A stretch of 64,000 nucleotides of DNA from Histomonas meleagridis 2922-C6/04-290x (GCA_020184695.1 JAANOX010000271.1:321888-385887); one strand, 5' to 3'. Numbered from the stretch's first letter, positions 35,401 to 46,810 are shown. Notes: a model not told the origin generated them from the sequence alone. Numbers and translations are program-made.

Positions 35401-38400
35401 CATTTAACCAATTTGATAAAGTAGCTAATGATGAAGAAGTTATAATATTACTTAATTCTTTATTATTTTCATCTTTAAAATATGACTTTAAATCTTTTAA
35501 AATTATATTTGAAAAATAAAATCGATTTAAATTTATGATAATTTTTAATGAGTTTTTATATTCTTCATTAAATTCTTCTGTTATATTCGATTTAAAAAAA
35601 TTAGAAGGTAATATAAGTGATGGAATAAAAGGTTTTAATTGTTGAAAAAAAGGTTTTAATAACAAAATAATTTTAATAAGAATTTCAGTTTTAATTTGTA
35701 TTATTGGTTGTTTATCATTAAATTTTTCTTCTAACTTCTCTATTAATTGTTTAATAATATCAAAAAATATATTATAATCTTCTTCTTTAATTATTACTAA
35801 TAATTTCTTTATAATTAAAGGAATGTTTTTCATTAAAATTAATATGTCAATATCAGATTGATTAAAAAAACTAATTAAAATTTTCAAAAATATTTCAAAT
35901 AATTTATAATTAGTTTTAATATTATTATTATTTTCTGGTTGATATTTATCAAATATATTAAAAAACAATGAAATTATTTGTTTTTGATATTTAATTTTTA
36001 AAGATTTATTTAAAAACATTTTTACATAAATATTAATTAAATATTTTAAAAAGTCATTAACTGTTTTATATGTTAATAATTCCAATATATTTAATGTTTG
36101 TTTCATAAAATATGGTCTATTAACTAATAAATTTATTAAAGTTTCTTTCATTTGTAAAGGGAATTCAACATTTGTAAAGTTAATTATATGTTTTGATATA
36201 TTACAATATCGAATAATACTTTGTACACCAGAAATTGAAGTAATTCCATAAAATAAACTTAACGCACTTGCTTTAGATGATGAAAAGATTAATGGCGAAG
36301 CATTTAAGTCAGAAACAACTACATTTTTATTATATCCTAAACTAGCCGATAAATAATGTATTACAAAATCAGTAAAAATATCACTTCGATGATATTTAGT
36401 AAAACCAGTTTGAAAATCGATTTTTTCTTTTGGTGGAAATTTCTTAAATCGTTCATTAAATATATTTAAGATAAATATTCTTGTAGATACTGATATTGTA
36501 TCTAATAATAAATTCGACTTTAATAAGTCATAAATTTTATTAATTTTATCAGTCTCTAACATAGATATAAATAAAATAAAATGTTTAATGAATTCGGGAT
36601 AATTAAATAAGTTGTTTGAATGTAATAATATTGTTAAAAGTTCATTATAAAGATAACCAAAAAGATCATTATCTAAATTAAATAAATCATAATAATTTAA
36701 TGGTAATAATGAATTAGAAATATCATTTAATAAACTTGGCTTATATATAGTACGAATATTTTTCCTAAAAATTAATAAAAACTTTTTAACTAAATTATAT
36801 AAATTATTAAAATCAAATTCATTTCGATTTAAGTTATTTAAAATAGTTGAAAAAATCGAAAAAAATCCGGATAATATAAAATCGAAATATTGATTTTTTA
36901 AATCCAAATTTAATTCTTGTTCTAAAAGATGTTTTATAAAGATGTTTCTAAATTGAATACATTCTGGATGAGTAATAATTTTTTTTAATAATATTAATAA
37001 ATCGTTTGAAAAATCTAATTTTATTCTATTAAAAAATACTTCATATAATTCATTTGGTGCTATTACACCTATTATATAAATTGGAACATCTAATAACAAT
37101 GGAATTTGCATAATTTTTAAATGGAAATCAATAATTGTTAAACATAATTGATGTAATTCAATGTTTTGATCTTTTTTATGTATAATTTTGATGATTTTAT
37201 ATAAAATTGTAATACATTTTTGTATAATAGTTCTAGAAACTCTTGAATTTCTAAATTGTTCATATATCATATTAATAGTTTTAATGACCCATTCTATATG
37301 TTTTATATATTTATCAGAATAAGTTGATTTAATAATGAATTTTAATATTAATAAATCTTCAGGCGGTATCATTTGTAATGAATTATCTAAAAATACTTCA
37401 TACTTTATAGCAAATTCTTGTGGTATTGAAGGATAACCTAAAAATTCTTTTTCCTTCTTAAGTTTTTTTAAAAAATATGGAACAAATTGAAACATTTTTT
37501 CTTGATGAAGTTTAGCCATAATATTACCCCATAATTGATTTGATTCATTCGGTAAAAAAATTAATAATTTCGAAAATAATTTTAAGATAAATTTAATTGT
37601 GAAATATGAATTTAATTTAGGATCATAAAAATCTGAAAGTTTTATAAATTGTTGAATTTCTTCGGAATAAATTGATACTTGTAAACTCGTCATTAATTTT
37701 AATAATTGTGTAATTAATAATGTAGGATCACCAATATCATTAAATGATTGTATAAATAAAAACTCATATTTAAAACTTGGAAATTTGGTTAATATTTTTG
37801 GTAATTGTGGAATTATTGATTTCCGTGTTTCTTCAAAATCACTTTTAACTCCACAATTTACTTCGCAAAATTTTATTGTCTTTAATGCTATATGTCGAAT
37901 AGTTCTTTGAGGAGAAATTGCTAATTTAACAAATGCTCTATAAATTTTTTGTACTGTTTTTTTATTATAATTCCTATTAAATATATGTCTTTTAAATATA
38001 TCTAATACAAATTCATAATATGTTTGACAATAAAATGTTAAAGTTTTTAATAAATGTATAAATATTATACAATTTGTAGATACTTTATCAATACAAAATT
38101 CGATTGTTTGTAATACAGAATATATTAATCTTGGATGAAATGACATCGTTTTAGTTATATATTTCATGAAATTAATGATATCTATATCTTCAATATTTTC
38201 GATGATTGAAGTTCCATATTTTTGTTTTATTAATAAAAATGCATATTGTTGTGGTGGGTTTGTAAATTTAATTGATTCATTTAGAAATGAATCATCGAAA
38301 TTATTTAAATATCTAAAAATTTTTATAACATATTCATCGTTAACTAATTTCTCGAATTTATATTTCGTAATATAATTCATAATATAATGAAAAAAACTTT

Positions 38401-39847
38401 TTAATTGTTCTATTGTTGGGTTTTCTATTCTTTTAATTGCACGAAATAATATCTCTATATCTATATTTAAGTTTTCATTTTCTGGTTGAATCTCTTCATA
38501 TATATTTAAATGTGATACATTATCAATTGTCGTTAAAGGATATTTAACAAATAAATCAGGACATTTATCAATTAAAGGTTTTTTTACACTTGTTTTCTCT
38601 TTTAATACCGCAACAACAAATCTTTTTTTTATAGGTTCTTTAAGTAAATAAATCCCTTGAAAAAACTCTGCAGGAAATTCACTTAAAAGTTGTATTGTTG
38701 CATATTTATAACGTGGTGATTCAAGTATCGGAAAAAACAAATTTATCCAAATTTTTATTGATTCGTTTTTATGTTTAAATAATTGATAAAAACGTATAGC
38801 AATAAATGATATACTTGAAGTTAAAAATTGTATTTTAATTAATGATTGGAAAATATTTGATAAAGAAAATGATAAATTCTCTAATGCATTAACTAAATCT
38901 TTAGACTGATGTAAATTAGCATGAATTTTCAAAAAAAGTCTTAAAATAAAATAATCCAATAAATTAAAACTTTTTGTTTTAAAACATAACATTATTAACT
39001 TAACTAAATATGGAACAAATTCTTGTGGAATCGCATTATATTTCTTATAAACTTCTTGAACAATAAATAACATTAAATTCCCAATGATTTCAATAGCTTC
39101 AAATTTCATCATCGAATCGAATTCTTCAGTAATTATTTTAAAAAAATTTAGAAAATATATTTGACTTGGAATCATTTTAATTAATAAATTATTAATATGT
39201 GAATGATATACTTGATTTTTATCTTGTGGAAACAATAATTTAAAATTCGAAATCAATAAAAAATTAATAACTTCAGGTTTTTGTTGTGAGAAAACAGAAG
39301 AAACAAAAATTTGTATGAAATTAAGGATTTTCCGATGAAACAAATTATTATCAATGTTTTCTTGTATATAACAAACCAATTTATCTGTTGAATCATTTGA
39401 TTTCCGGACATTTCCTGCTATATCTAATATATATGATATATATTTAATTAATCGTTCAATTATTTCATTTTCTTTATGTAAAGATGAAATATTTGGATAA
39501 TTGTTATTGCCAGGATTTAAAATCCATTGTATTATCTTTAATAATGTTATGTTATTATCTATCCATGTTTCAATATTAAATCCTTTTTCTAAATCAATTT
39601 CTTCTAATTCATTTTTCATGTTCTCAAAACATCGAACAAATTGTTCAAATAATTCTAATTGTAATATACAACATTGTTGATAAACAATTCCATTTACAAA
39701 ATGTTTATACGCTTCGAATATGCAATTAAAAATTCGAGGAGGCTGTTTAAAGTCACTTAAAAATGCACAAAAATTGGGTGAAATAGATTTAAAAAAAATA
39801 TGTGGTGAATCAGGATTAGTTATTAAGATTTTAACAAATGATTCCAT
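32471..39847 (-). CDS. Very large PIKK-family protein, TRRAP/Tra1-like pseudokinase
   Basis: 2458-aa helical ORF with a C-terminal PI3K-like region lacking clear catalytic motifs (FLFMRQSFASHLSSSSIFNLIF) and a FATC-like aromatic tail. Confidence 0.6.
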   Translation of the reverse strand: MESFVKILITNPDSPHIFFKSISPNFCAFLSDFKQPPRIFNCIFEAYKHFVNGIVYQQCCILQLELFEQFVRCFENMKNELEEIDLEKGFNIETWIDNNITLLKIIQWILNPGNNNYPNISSLHKENEIIERLIKYISYILDIAGNVRKSNDSTDKLVCYIQENIDNNLFHRKILNFIQIFVSSVFSQQKPEVINFLLISNFKLLFPQDKNQVYHSHINNLLIKMIPSQIYFLNFFKIITEEFDSMMKFEAIEIIGNLMLFIVQEVYKKYNAIPQEFVPYLVKLIMLCFKTKSFNLLDYFILRLFLKIHANLHQSKDLVNALENLSFSLSNIFQSLIKIQFLTSSISFIAIRFYQLFKHKNESIKIWINLFFPILESPRYKYATIQLLSEFPAEFFQGIYLLKEPIKKRFVVAVLKEKTSVKKPLIDKCPDLFVKYPLTTIDNVSHLNIYEEIQPENENLNIDIEILFRAIKRIENPTIEQLKSFFHYIMNYITKYKFEKLVNDEYVIKIFRYLNNFDDSFLNESIKFTNPPQQYAFLLIKQKYGTSIIENIEDIDIINFMKYITKTMSFHPRLIYSVLQTIEFCIDKVSTNCIIFIHLLKTLTFYCQTYYEFVLDIFKRHIFNRNYNKKTVQKIYRAFVKLAISPQRTIRHIALKTIKFCEVNCGVKSDFEETRKSIIPQLPKILTKFPSFKYEFLFIQSFNDIGDPTLLITQLLKLMTSLQVSIYSEEIQQFIKLSDFYDPKLNSYFTIKFILKLFSKLLIFLPNESNQLWGNIMAKLHQEKMFQFVPYFLKKLKKEKEFLGYPSIPQEFAIKYEVFLDNSLQMIPPEDLLILKFIIKSTYSDKYIKHIEWVIKTINMIYEQFRNSRVSRTIIQKCITILYKIIKIIHKKDQNIELHQLCLTIIDFHLKIMQIPLLLDVPIYIIGVIAPNELYEVFFNRIKLDFSNDLLILLKKIITHPECIQFRNIFIKHLLEQELNLDLKNQYFDFILSGFFSIFSTILNNLNRNEFDFNNLYNLVKKFLLIFRKNIRTIYKPSLLNDISNSLLPLNYYDLFNLDNDLFGYLYNELLTILLHSNNLFNYPEFIKHFILFISMLETDKINKIYDLLKSNLLLDTISVSTRIFILNIFNERFKKFPPKEKIDFQTGFTKYHRSDIFTDFVIHYLSASLGYNKNVVVSDLNASPLIFSSSKASALSLFYGITSISGVQSIIRYCNISKHIINFTNVEFPLQMKETLINLLVNRPYFMKQTLNILELLTYKTVNDFLKYLINIYVKMFLNKSLKIKYQKQIISLFFNIFDKYQPENNNNIKTNYKLFEIFLKILISFFNQSDIDILILMKNIPLIIKKLLVIIKEEDYNIFFDIIKQLIEKLEEKFNDKQPIIQIKTEILIKIILLLKPFFQQLKPFIPSLILPSNFFKSNITEEFNEEYKNSLKIIINLNRFYFSNIILKDLKSYFKDENNKELSNIITSSSLATLSNWLNENEYEFKIINKILIILEAFFPFNEEEIILDLNHIKFPMNKYIHKILMNYTNKELLSNYSITKILTITTSNNIINDLFTFDWFSQPERIHSHIFLKLFLPETIHFLLYDIDEQNLKKFITLNLSYLVNMNINNFVNYYIHQFPNSTLSDCFTNFPEYINQVPYPQLNLYKNMKYLEDLNLWEDSLGIFKTEHPNLTNAVLFHQISNYSISKGYYFDNLYDEDIYFLILLKLRNIVNNQELSIYDNINELIFEHPKSNITQVLLPISHDIPSKSNSQLTSFVSQTFLPIVNKQIINTEILDMIKVYNQQNINIKDIIHKNKFQLMKTLDKNEIILSRIILQNKIFNDYMLINNNQVLNLLKPEINEMIQQNQNLMSKLLIQVGCIKEGLIQYQKSTKEYKTIPINNISLKRIYKFLKKPENSNLYNLLRINLSIFLCNYQYAYELSNNKFTKKQWLTILIQLKEEDIIEHDQTKIILYLLDELNDTTSKYDNIYISMILILIRKNPLFANTFCSQLNHLNKTNKYILIPWIKYILNASLEIPTTFIQNIFKSNPTLFLLTFNHIRNQMIKNNQQNLNVIKEINNIILNINSNIQKEFEIFFSFINKCKNDIQKLDNSVDAIIQYYNSIYNNIENSELYEFCQANPPYFMTEYKISKNEKYFSLNGINMPKSSNRIIKSYLIADGTKEAKMKCFFSTGKFQIYNLVSSKLYQYAQNEYLLANIIDHCLKKFPSSITRNPFVFYPKSFLIHPSILMMFSPPIKSLQNIIKPFDINSLLKNAFDDSLTKDISPKSFYEKHLIDSPRNLFINWFIKGCNGNKTDFLFMRQSFASHLSSSSIFNLIFGQNKNVLYQYSNFMIMKDRKRFCFPGFIKNGIANGYMPLIPQFKAFLPLFVMNGAFTATWNTIANALFQKKNEFVLHLKALEIDESSFDEKITKLAVDVGEDTDKMDNYFPFELVNHLIENCDNCNMGRFGSFVWV

Positions 39848-40757
39848 TAATAAAATCGTTCGCTTCTTTTGAACAAATGGATCTAAATAAAAATATTGAT
39901 ATATGGATAAAAGTCTTCCTAAAATATTGGCTATTAATGGATCGTTTATATGAAATATTTGGGATTTTCATGATTGAACATATACAACGATAATAATTTT
40001 GTATAATATGTATGAACCTTAAATCTTCTGGAATTGATTTCTGAACTTTACCCAAAAGTGACGTTTGAAGTGGAGTTGTTTGACGGTTTTTCGTGATGAG
40101 CTTCGAGATTAATTTTAATGATTTGGAAATAATTATCTCTGTTTTTTGAAATATTGTGACATCGTTTTTAAATTGAAGACCTCCAAGTGAAATATAAAGG
40201 AAAACATCGATTAAATTAGATATATAATCAAATGTAGCATTTGAAATATGATATGGAATAATTCTTATAAGAAGTAATATAAGCTGTAAATCAGAGGCCT
40301 GAATCGACTTTGAAGATTCTCGTAAAAAAAGAAGGATTTGATTTAAAAATTTTGGATAAAGATTTGGTTCGCCATGTGTTGATGTTAAAAAATGATCACT
40401 GAGAAATATAAAAGCTTGAATACGAGTAGCCCAATGTCTTGAAGTTAAGAAATTAAAGACAAGTGGCTCTAAAACGCTTGAAGTTTGAACATTAAAAAAA
40501 CTTGGTCGAAGAAAACGCATGGAATAAATAAGATGCGACTGCAGTACTAACTCAACTTCCGATAGTATGTTATGATTTTGGACATATCGAGTAAGATAAG
40601 TATTATATAAAGAAAAGATGTTTGGATAATGTCCTAATAATTGTGATTCCAAACTAAAAACTAACAAATCTTCCATATTTTTTATCAAATCATTGGTGAG
40701 AATTGGTAGTTCATTGCTCTCAAATAAACGAAAAACTTGATTACCATTTAGTTCCAT
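39831..40757 (-). CDS. Probable N-terminal part of the same TRRAP-like gene, separated by a frameshift
   Basis: It overlaps the downstream ORF by 17 nt, has the same composition, and has a good promoter only at 40757. Confidence 0.5.
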   Translation of the reverse strand: MELNGNQVFRLFESNELPILTNDLIKNMEDLLVFSLESQLLGHYPNIFSLYNTYLTRYVQNHNILSEVELVLQSHLIYSMRFLRPSFFNVQTSSVLEPLVFNFLTSRHWATRIQAFIFLSDHFLTSTHGEPNLYPKFLNQILLFLRESSKSIQASDLQLILLLIRIIPYHISNATFDYISNLIDVFLYISLGGLQFKNDVTIFQKTEIIISKSLKLISKLITKNRQTTPLQTSLLGKVQKSIPEDLRFIHIIQNYYRCICSIMKIPNISYKRSINSQYFRKTFIHISIFLFRSICSKEANDFINGIIC

Positions 40758-40761
40758 TTGG

Positions 40762-40774
40762 AATGAAAACCGTT
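40762..40774 (-). promoter_or_regulatory. M3-like motif (AACGGTT) abutting an initiator (TCATT) upstream of the ATG at 40757
   Basis: The minus strand reads AAACGGTTTTCATTCCAAATG, the trichomonad core-promoter arrangement. Confidence 0.6.
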
Positions 40775-40939
40775 TATTTTTTATTCACTTTTTTGGAGAA
40801 ACTTTTCTCCATAAATTGAAACGTGTTTAGGCTGAAGCTTGAATGATTTCTGCAAATAAAAAATTTTGTCATAAAAACCTTCGACTCTAACTTTTAAAAA
40901 ATGATTTTAGAAAATAATTTTTATGAAAAAGTTGAAATA

Positions 40940-41130
40940 TCTAATGGGACATTATCTTCTTTCGCCTGAACAACGAGAAAATTGGTATTTATGCATTAAT
41001 AATGATATCAACAGAATATACAGATTTACAACAAATTGGAACTCTAGCAAATGAATATGGTGATGATTGTTTCAAGAATCATATGTTATACGGAATTCCT
41101 TGCAAACATTTATTAATTAAGAGAACGTAA
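40940..41130 (+). mobile_element. Possible Mutator-like (MULE) transposase remnant with a SWIM-like motif
   Basis: Frame reading DDCFKNHMLYGIPCKHLL (C-x7-GIPCxH); only a short motif. Confidence 0.3.
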
Positions 41131-41489
41131 GAAGATAAAATTCCTTAGTTAACATTGAATGACTCTCACCCTAGATGGATCAGTTCTATTAATACTTTTA
41201 TCAACACTAAAAACACAATTGAAATAATTAAAAAACAAAAAATAGATTCGAACGACTGGAGCTATTCTTCATGTATAGATAAACCCGAAAGGAATTTTAC
41301 CTTTGTTGCTCGATCCCAAATAATCATTATTCTTCGAAGAATCTTAAGTGGAGCTCTGAATACTTTAAATTGTGTAGAATACGAATCTGGAATGAACGAA
41401 GATATTTTACCTCTTTCAACATTTTTAATCACAGGAACGCCAAATCTCACCCAAGAAGAAATGATATCTTTCATTATATTTATGAGAAT

Positions 41490-42600
41490 AAAATTATTAT
41501 ACTAAATAATATAGAAGAACTAGGAAAAAGATGTATCTTAAATTATAAGAATGAAATTCTTTCATTTCTCGAAAAAGAAGGTATGAAAATAAACAAATTT
41601 TTTATTAATAAGTTAATGGAAACTGGAAACACATTCCTTTTACAATATTTCCTTGAAAAAAGTACAGATTCATATGATTTTTGGGATATTTCAACCATTT
41701 CTATAAATGATGAACCATTTAAATACTTGGTTGATGAAAAAATTATTAAAACTAATAAAAAAGTGATGATTTAATATATTTCGCATTTATTTTTTTGATT
41801 TCCTATTTCAACATAATATTTGGTATTTATTTTAAACATTTAAAACACTAATTATGTATGCATTCGAAAAAGGAATAACCAAATTAGTTGAATTACTTCT
41901 CGAACAAGAAGGAATTGATGTTAATGTAAAAGATATATATTTGTTCTGTTTCAAATTTGTTTTAAATATTTTGGTTCTCAAAATAATATTTGGTAATTGT
42001 TTAAATGATTTAATACGGCACTTATTTTGGCATCAGAAAGAAATCGTCCAGAAATAGTTAAATTGCTTCTTAAACAAAAAGGTATTAATATTAATGCTAA
42101 AGATTTTTATTAAATGCAATTAAAATTTATCATAATATTTTGATATTTTTAAGTAATTACTGGAAATTATTTGAATTGTTTTATACAGCTCTCATATATG
42201 CATCTGAAAAAGGTTTCACATAAATAGCTAAATTGCTTCTTGATCATGAAGGAATTGATGTTGATGCAAAAAATATTTATTTATTATAGTTAATATTTAT
42301 TTGAATAGTTCAAAATTTCAAAATAATATTTGGAATTTATATATGTTATTTATTACAGCACTTATATATGCAACTAAGTATTGTAATAAAGAAATATTTA
42401 AATTACTTCTTAAGTGTAAAGGTATTAATTTTAATTGTAAGAAATAATTGTTTATTTCATTTAAAATACATTTTAATAACTTGATTTTTCAAAATAATAT
42501 ATGGAAATAATTCAAATTATTTAGAACAGCACTTTTTTATGCATCCGAGAATGGTTACACAGAATTTGTCAAATGACTTCATATGTAAAAAAGAAAATGA
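41490..42600 (+). pseudogene. 5'-truncated DUF3447-ankyrin gene with five interrupted ankyrin repeats (170-nt period)
   Basis: Thr anchor codons at 41845, 42015, 42185, 42355 and 42526; nonsense codons in repeats 3 (TAA) and 5 (TGA). Confidence 0.85.
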
Positions 42601-43086
42601 TCATATACGAAGGGCAGGAACGTTTTTATTTGTGTTTCTTTGAAAACGAATCACTATAATAAAATGCATCAAAAAATTTGAAATTTATTTTTGATCAAAA
42701 TTGATGAAACCTTTTTTTGGAATTAAATATATATTTCTAATGATCATACATGATATATTTGGCACTAAAGCTAAACAAATATGTTCTTTTTGAATTGAAA
42801 TGCAAATTAGTGTTACATTTTTTTTAATTAATTTTTTATGCATGCTATTTACTAACTCATTCTCGAAATCAAAAATTTACTGACATAAAAAAATGCTTTG
42901 CTGATCTTTTTATATCTCATTGAGAAGAAAAAAACGTTTTGATTTTTTGGAACGTTCCAAAGAACGTTGGCAACGTTGTTAGGGGGGGGGTATCCAACGA
43001 TATCGAATTCAATGCATCTCTATTCAATTCCTTTTGTTAAAATTCTGACAATTGAATTTTGAGATCAACAGGAAATAATTTCATTT

Positions 43087-43794
43087 TTGAATGGCTTTTT
43101 TCAATATAGATTCCCGGTTCTGGATTATCAGTTCGGCCAAACTCCCCTCAGAAAAAACGCTATAATTTGCATTCAATTTTTCAATTCAAACATATCATTA
43201 GGATTTATGAGCGGAGGCAAGTCACAATGCAGATGTAAATGCGGGAATATATCAATATCAGGGATAAAACTACCAAAAGGTGCATTTCCAAATATACCTA
43301 ATCCAGAAAAAAAGCATTGTGAATCTTGTATTCAAATATTTAAAGTCAATAACAGAGTCAATATAAACGATAACTCAAAGGTTCTCACCAAAAACAGAAG
43401 CAAAGGATGCATGGATATTACATGTCTTAATTGTAATACAACACTTCGCTTTTTCCATAACAAAAATCCAACATATGTCGGAATTACTCGTCAGCATCGA
43501 AATAGCAACACCGAACAACTTAACCCCAGAAATATTCAACTTAAAAAGATACAGCCATCATATTCTTTTGATATAAAAGAAAAATTCAACTTATGCATCA
43601 ACCCAGAACCGATTGTACAAAACGAAAAACAGAACATCTTTGGTGAATTTCAAGAAGACGAAGATTTTGAGTTGATGTTTGGAAACAAAAACACACCAAT
43701 TGTCGGCTCATTTGAGCAAAACATATATCAGCCATATTCAGAAGAAGCTTTTCATGCTTTTAGGAGCAATGGCTTGCCCAAAAGTTGCGCGTAA
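43087..43794 (+). CDS. Hypothetical protein with Cys pairs (CxCxCG, CxxC, CxxC), possibly zinc-binding; likely starts at MSGGKS
   Basis: ORF with three Cys clusters. Confidence 0.55.
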   Translation: MNGFFQYRFPVLDYQFGQTPLRKNAIICIQFFNSNISLGFMSGGKSQCRCKCGNISISGIKLPKGAFPNIPNPEKKHCESCIQIFKVNNRVNINDNSKVLTKNRSKGCMDITCLNCNTTLRFFHNKNPTYVGITRQHRNSNTEQLNPRNIQLKKIQPSYSFDIKEKFNLCINPEPIVQNEKQNIFGEFQEDEDFELMFGNKNTPIVGSFEQNIYQPYSEEAFHAFRSNGLPKSCA

Positions 43795-43887
43795 AATTAC
43801 TATGTAAACTATACAAACCATGATTTTGATTGAATTTTTGCTTTTGTTAACTTTACTTTTGAGGTTCCAACGTTAAAAGCCGTTGAG

Positions 43888-44808
43888 ATGGGAGGTTATA
43901 TCGAAATGGATGATTTAATTCGTCGCTATTTTATTGGAACACAATATCATCCAAACAGTTACCAACAAATTGTGATATTAGTGAATGATCTAAAAGCACG
44001 TTTCCCGAGTATGAAAGATTGTAAAACAAAAAATGCTAATAAAATATCAAATATTATTGTATCTGGAGAAATTCCATTGACTTACTTGACTTCTGATATT
44101 CATTATCTTTGTCCTGTTATGTTTTATTTACCAGATAAATTTCCTTCTTGTCCTCCTGTTTTACAAGTATTAGCAAAACCAATTCGGTGCTCAAAGCATC
44201 TCAACACAAAAGGTACTCTTGACTTCAATGGTCTTTATACATGGAATCAAAACACATCAACTTTAATAGAAATTCTTGATGTTGCAATTCGTTATCTTTC
44301 TAATTTCCCACCAATTAATCCCGACAAGCTTGCAGAAATGCCCAAGTGCGACCCATCAAATCCACAGCCATATAATCGTCCAGAGCCAGTTAATCCTTCA
44401 CCACAACAAAACAATGCAAACTACTTACGCGCCCTTACACAACAATCTGCTCAAGAGATTGCGATGGTAAACTCACAAATCGTTAATTCCTTCAAAAATG
44501 TAATTGATTATAATTTATATCTCACCGCTGACATGACTGCAGAAAATGTCAAAGTTGAAGCGTCTACTCTTATATCCAATCTCACTACACAAATTGAGCA
44601 GGGAGATATCCCAAGTTATGAGGTCCCACATTGGACGATGCAAATTGCAAATTTGAAGGCCGAACATCAAACATTCAAAGATGTGATCGAAACATTACGA
44701 GGACTATATAGGAAAAACAAGATAACGCTACAGGAGTTCATATCAAAGACACGAGAAATTTCTCGAAAGCACTTTAAAGAAGTAATTTACCCAGAAATTG
44801 CGCTATAA
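43888..44808 (+). CDS. VPS23: ESCRT-I Vps23/TSG101-like protein
   Basis: N-terminal UEV domain (GEIPLTY...PVMFYLPDKFPSCPP), Pro-rich linker, C-terminal SB-like motif (LYRKNKITLQEFISKTREISRKHF). Confidence 0.75.
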   Translation: MGGYIEMDDLIRRYFIGTQYHPNSYQQIVILVNDLKARFPSMKDCKTKNANKISNIIVSGEIPLTYLTSDIHYLCPVMFYLPDKFPSCPPVLQVLAKPIRCSKHLNTKGTLDFNGLYTWNQNTSTLIEILDVAIRYLSNFPPINPDKLAEMPKCDPSNPQPYNRPEPVNPSPQQNNANYLRALTQQSAQEIAMVNSQIVNSFKNVIDYNLYLTADMTAENVKVEASTLISNLTTQIEQGDIPSYEVPHWTMQIANLKAEHQTFKDVIETLRGLYRKNKITLQEFISKTREISRKHFKEVIYPEIAL

Positions 44809-46810
44809 AACAATTCTTTATAATTGATTTTTGTCGTTTTATTAATGAGAAAATTCGTTTCGTATCCTTCAAAATTTGTGTTATGGATAATGAAGGAATT
44901 GCATTATTGAGAATGAAACATGAATAAGAAATATTTATTACATAGTAAGGAAATGCTTAACATTTTTACTTTAGAATTATTTAAAGATCTGATTTTGACG
45001 ATTTTTATTAAACATCCCATATTGCTTTGAGTTCAATGAAAATTGTAGATTGTTATGAACATGGGTTCACACATTTTGCGTGTCAGGATATACTGAGCTT
45101 AAAATTGTACTGAGAAAAAAATAAAAAAAATAGATAAATAAATTTTGAAAATAAGTACAATAATTAATTACATGAATGGATCATAAGATTTCATTTAATG
45201 CAATTAAATTGAAAATACTTTTATAGTATTAAAATAAAAACTTGTCTATAAAAAAAAATTAAAACCACATTTCAAGCAGGAATTTAAACTCTATGAATAT
45301 TCCCAGTTGATAGTAAAATCATTGATATGATCAAACAATAGATTAATAAATTTCTTCTCATAAATAAGCAAATACAAAAATATCTAAAAACACTTAAAAT
45401 GGACAAACCCTTCTCCCGCTTCGTCATATTCATTGCGTGTTATAAGCATTTGTTGGAATGTCGGAAGTGAAGTGAATCTCGGTGAATTTTAGGGTTCACA
45501 CTTGCTTAAAATTAACAAAGAATAAAATAATCTATGTTCAAGAAATAACTATGAGTTGTTTTTAAATTATGAAATAATTGTGATTACTTTGATATAAGTA
45601 AAATTTCAAAAATCTGACTCGACAACATCTTTAAGGTTAAATAAGCTTTCAAAATGATCCTAAAGTTTATGATTTTGAAAAATATATCACATTCATTTCT
45701 TGAATTAATTTGATAGCTTTTATCTGAAATTAAATGGTTTACACGGTGTCAGGGTGGCTAAAATTAGATAACTTCTGTCACTTTTGATTCAATTTTGCTC
45801 AAAAATTTGTGGGGAAGAGATCCTTTAGTCACAGGATTAATTCCTATCCGGCAGAAAAACCCTTATCCCTATTTCTTGGAAAGTAAAACATAAAAAATCA
45901 CCAAGATTCACAAAGTTTAATAAAAATATCAACCAAAATTGCATTGCTTGACTATTTGAGTTTATTTATATTGCATTTTTTTGGACTATATGAGTAATCT
46001 TAAGATCATAATCAATTTATCATTTTACAAATTTGTTAAATGATCACTAAGTTAATCTCACTGTGAAGTAGTAGTATGTGTGTGTTGTTATGAGCTTATT
46101 CTGCCTCTTTTTCTTACATCACGAGGTTTGGCCTTTGGAAAGCATCTGACTCTACTTTCTAAGTGTATAAAATTAAAATATCTTAATCGCTTATTTAATT
46201 CTGTTCCATTTTATAGAAAATTGGTTTGACTATTTTGTTATTAATATATTTCCAGAATGATAGTCTTATGTTATTTTTTTCCAAAAATAATCAAACTTTC
46301 TGAAAACGTATATTTTATGATCATAGTCCAAGATATTTACCAAAAAACATCAACTTTATAAAATATTGCAATATTATGTAAAATTATAAGAAAGGGATAT
46401 CCGAAGCGGTTTTATCAGAACGGTTCCTCTTCTAATTGTCTTATAAATTTATAAAGCAAATTTTCAAATATTATATTCATTATTAAATAACATATCACAT
46501 GTTCATATGGTCTGTTTTATTTATCCTTTTTATTTTAAAGTATTTAACTATACAATTTCTTTGATAATGATTTTGAAATTAAAATCTAAAGCTAAACATA
46601 TCCATTATATGCGCAATGATTATATATTCACAAAATGGTTAATTAACTGTTATAAATGTAAGAAATGACAGATAAATCAAAACTTTGTAAAAGTTTCACT
46701 AAACCAATAAAATGTCACTTCTTACATTCTTATAAATAAAGGGTATTTTACTGATTTTTATATTTATAAATTATTTATCCAACTAAAGTAATTTGTACAA
46801 AATAAGTACT

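Noticed and set aside
42949-42990. Three AACGTT palindromes plus a G8 run upstream of 43087
   Set aside because: Too short to interpret; possibly ordinary promoter motifs.
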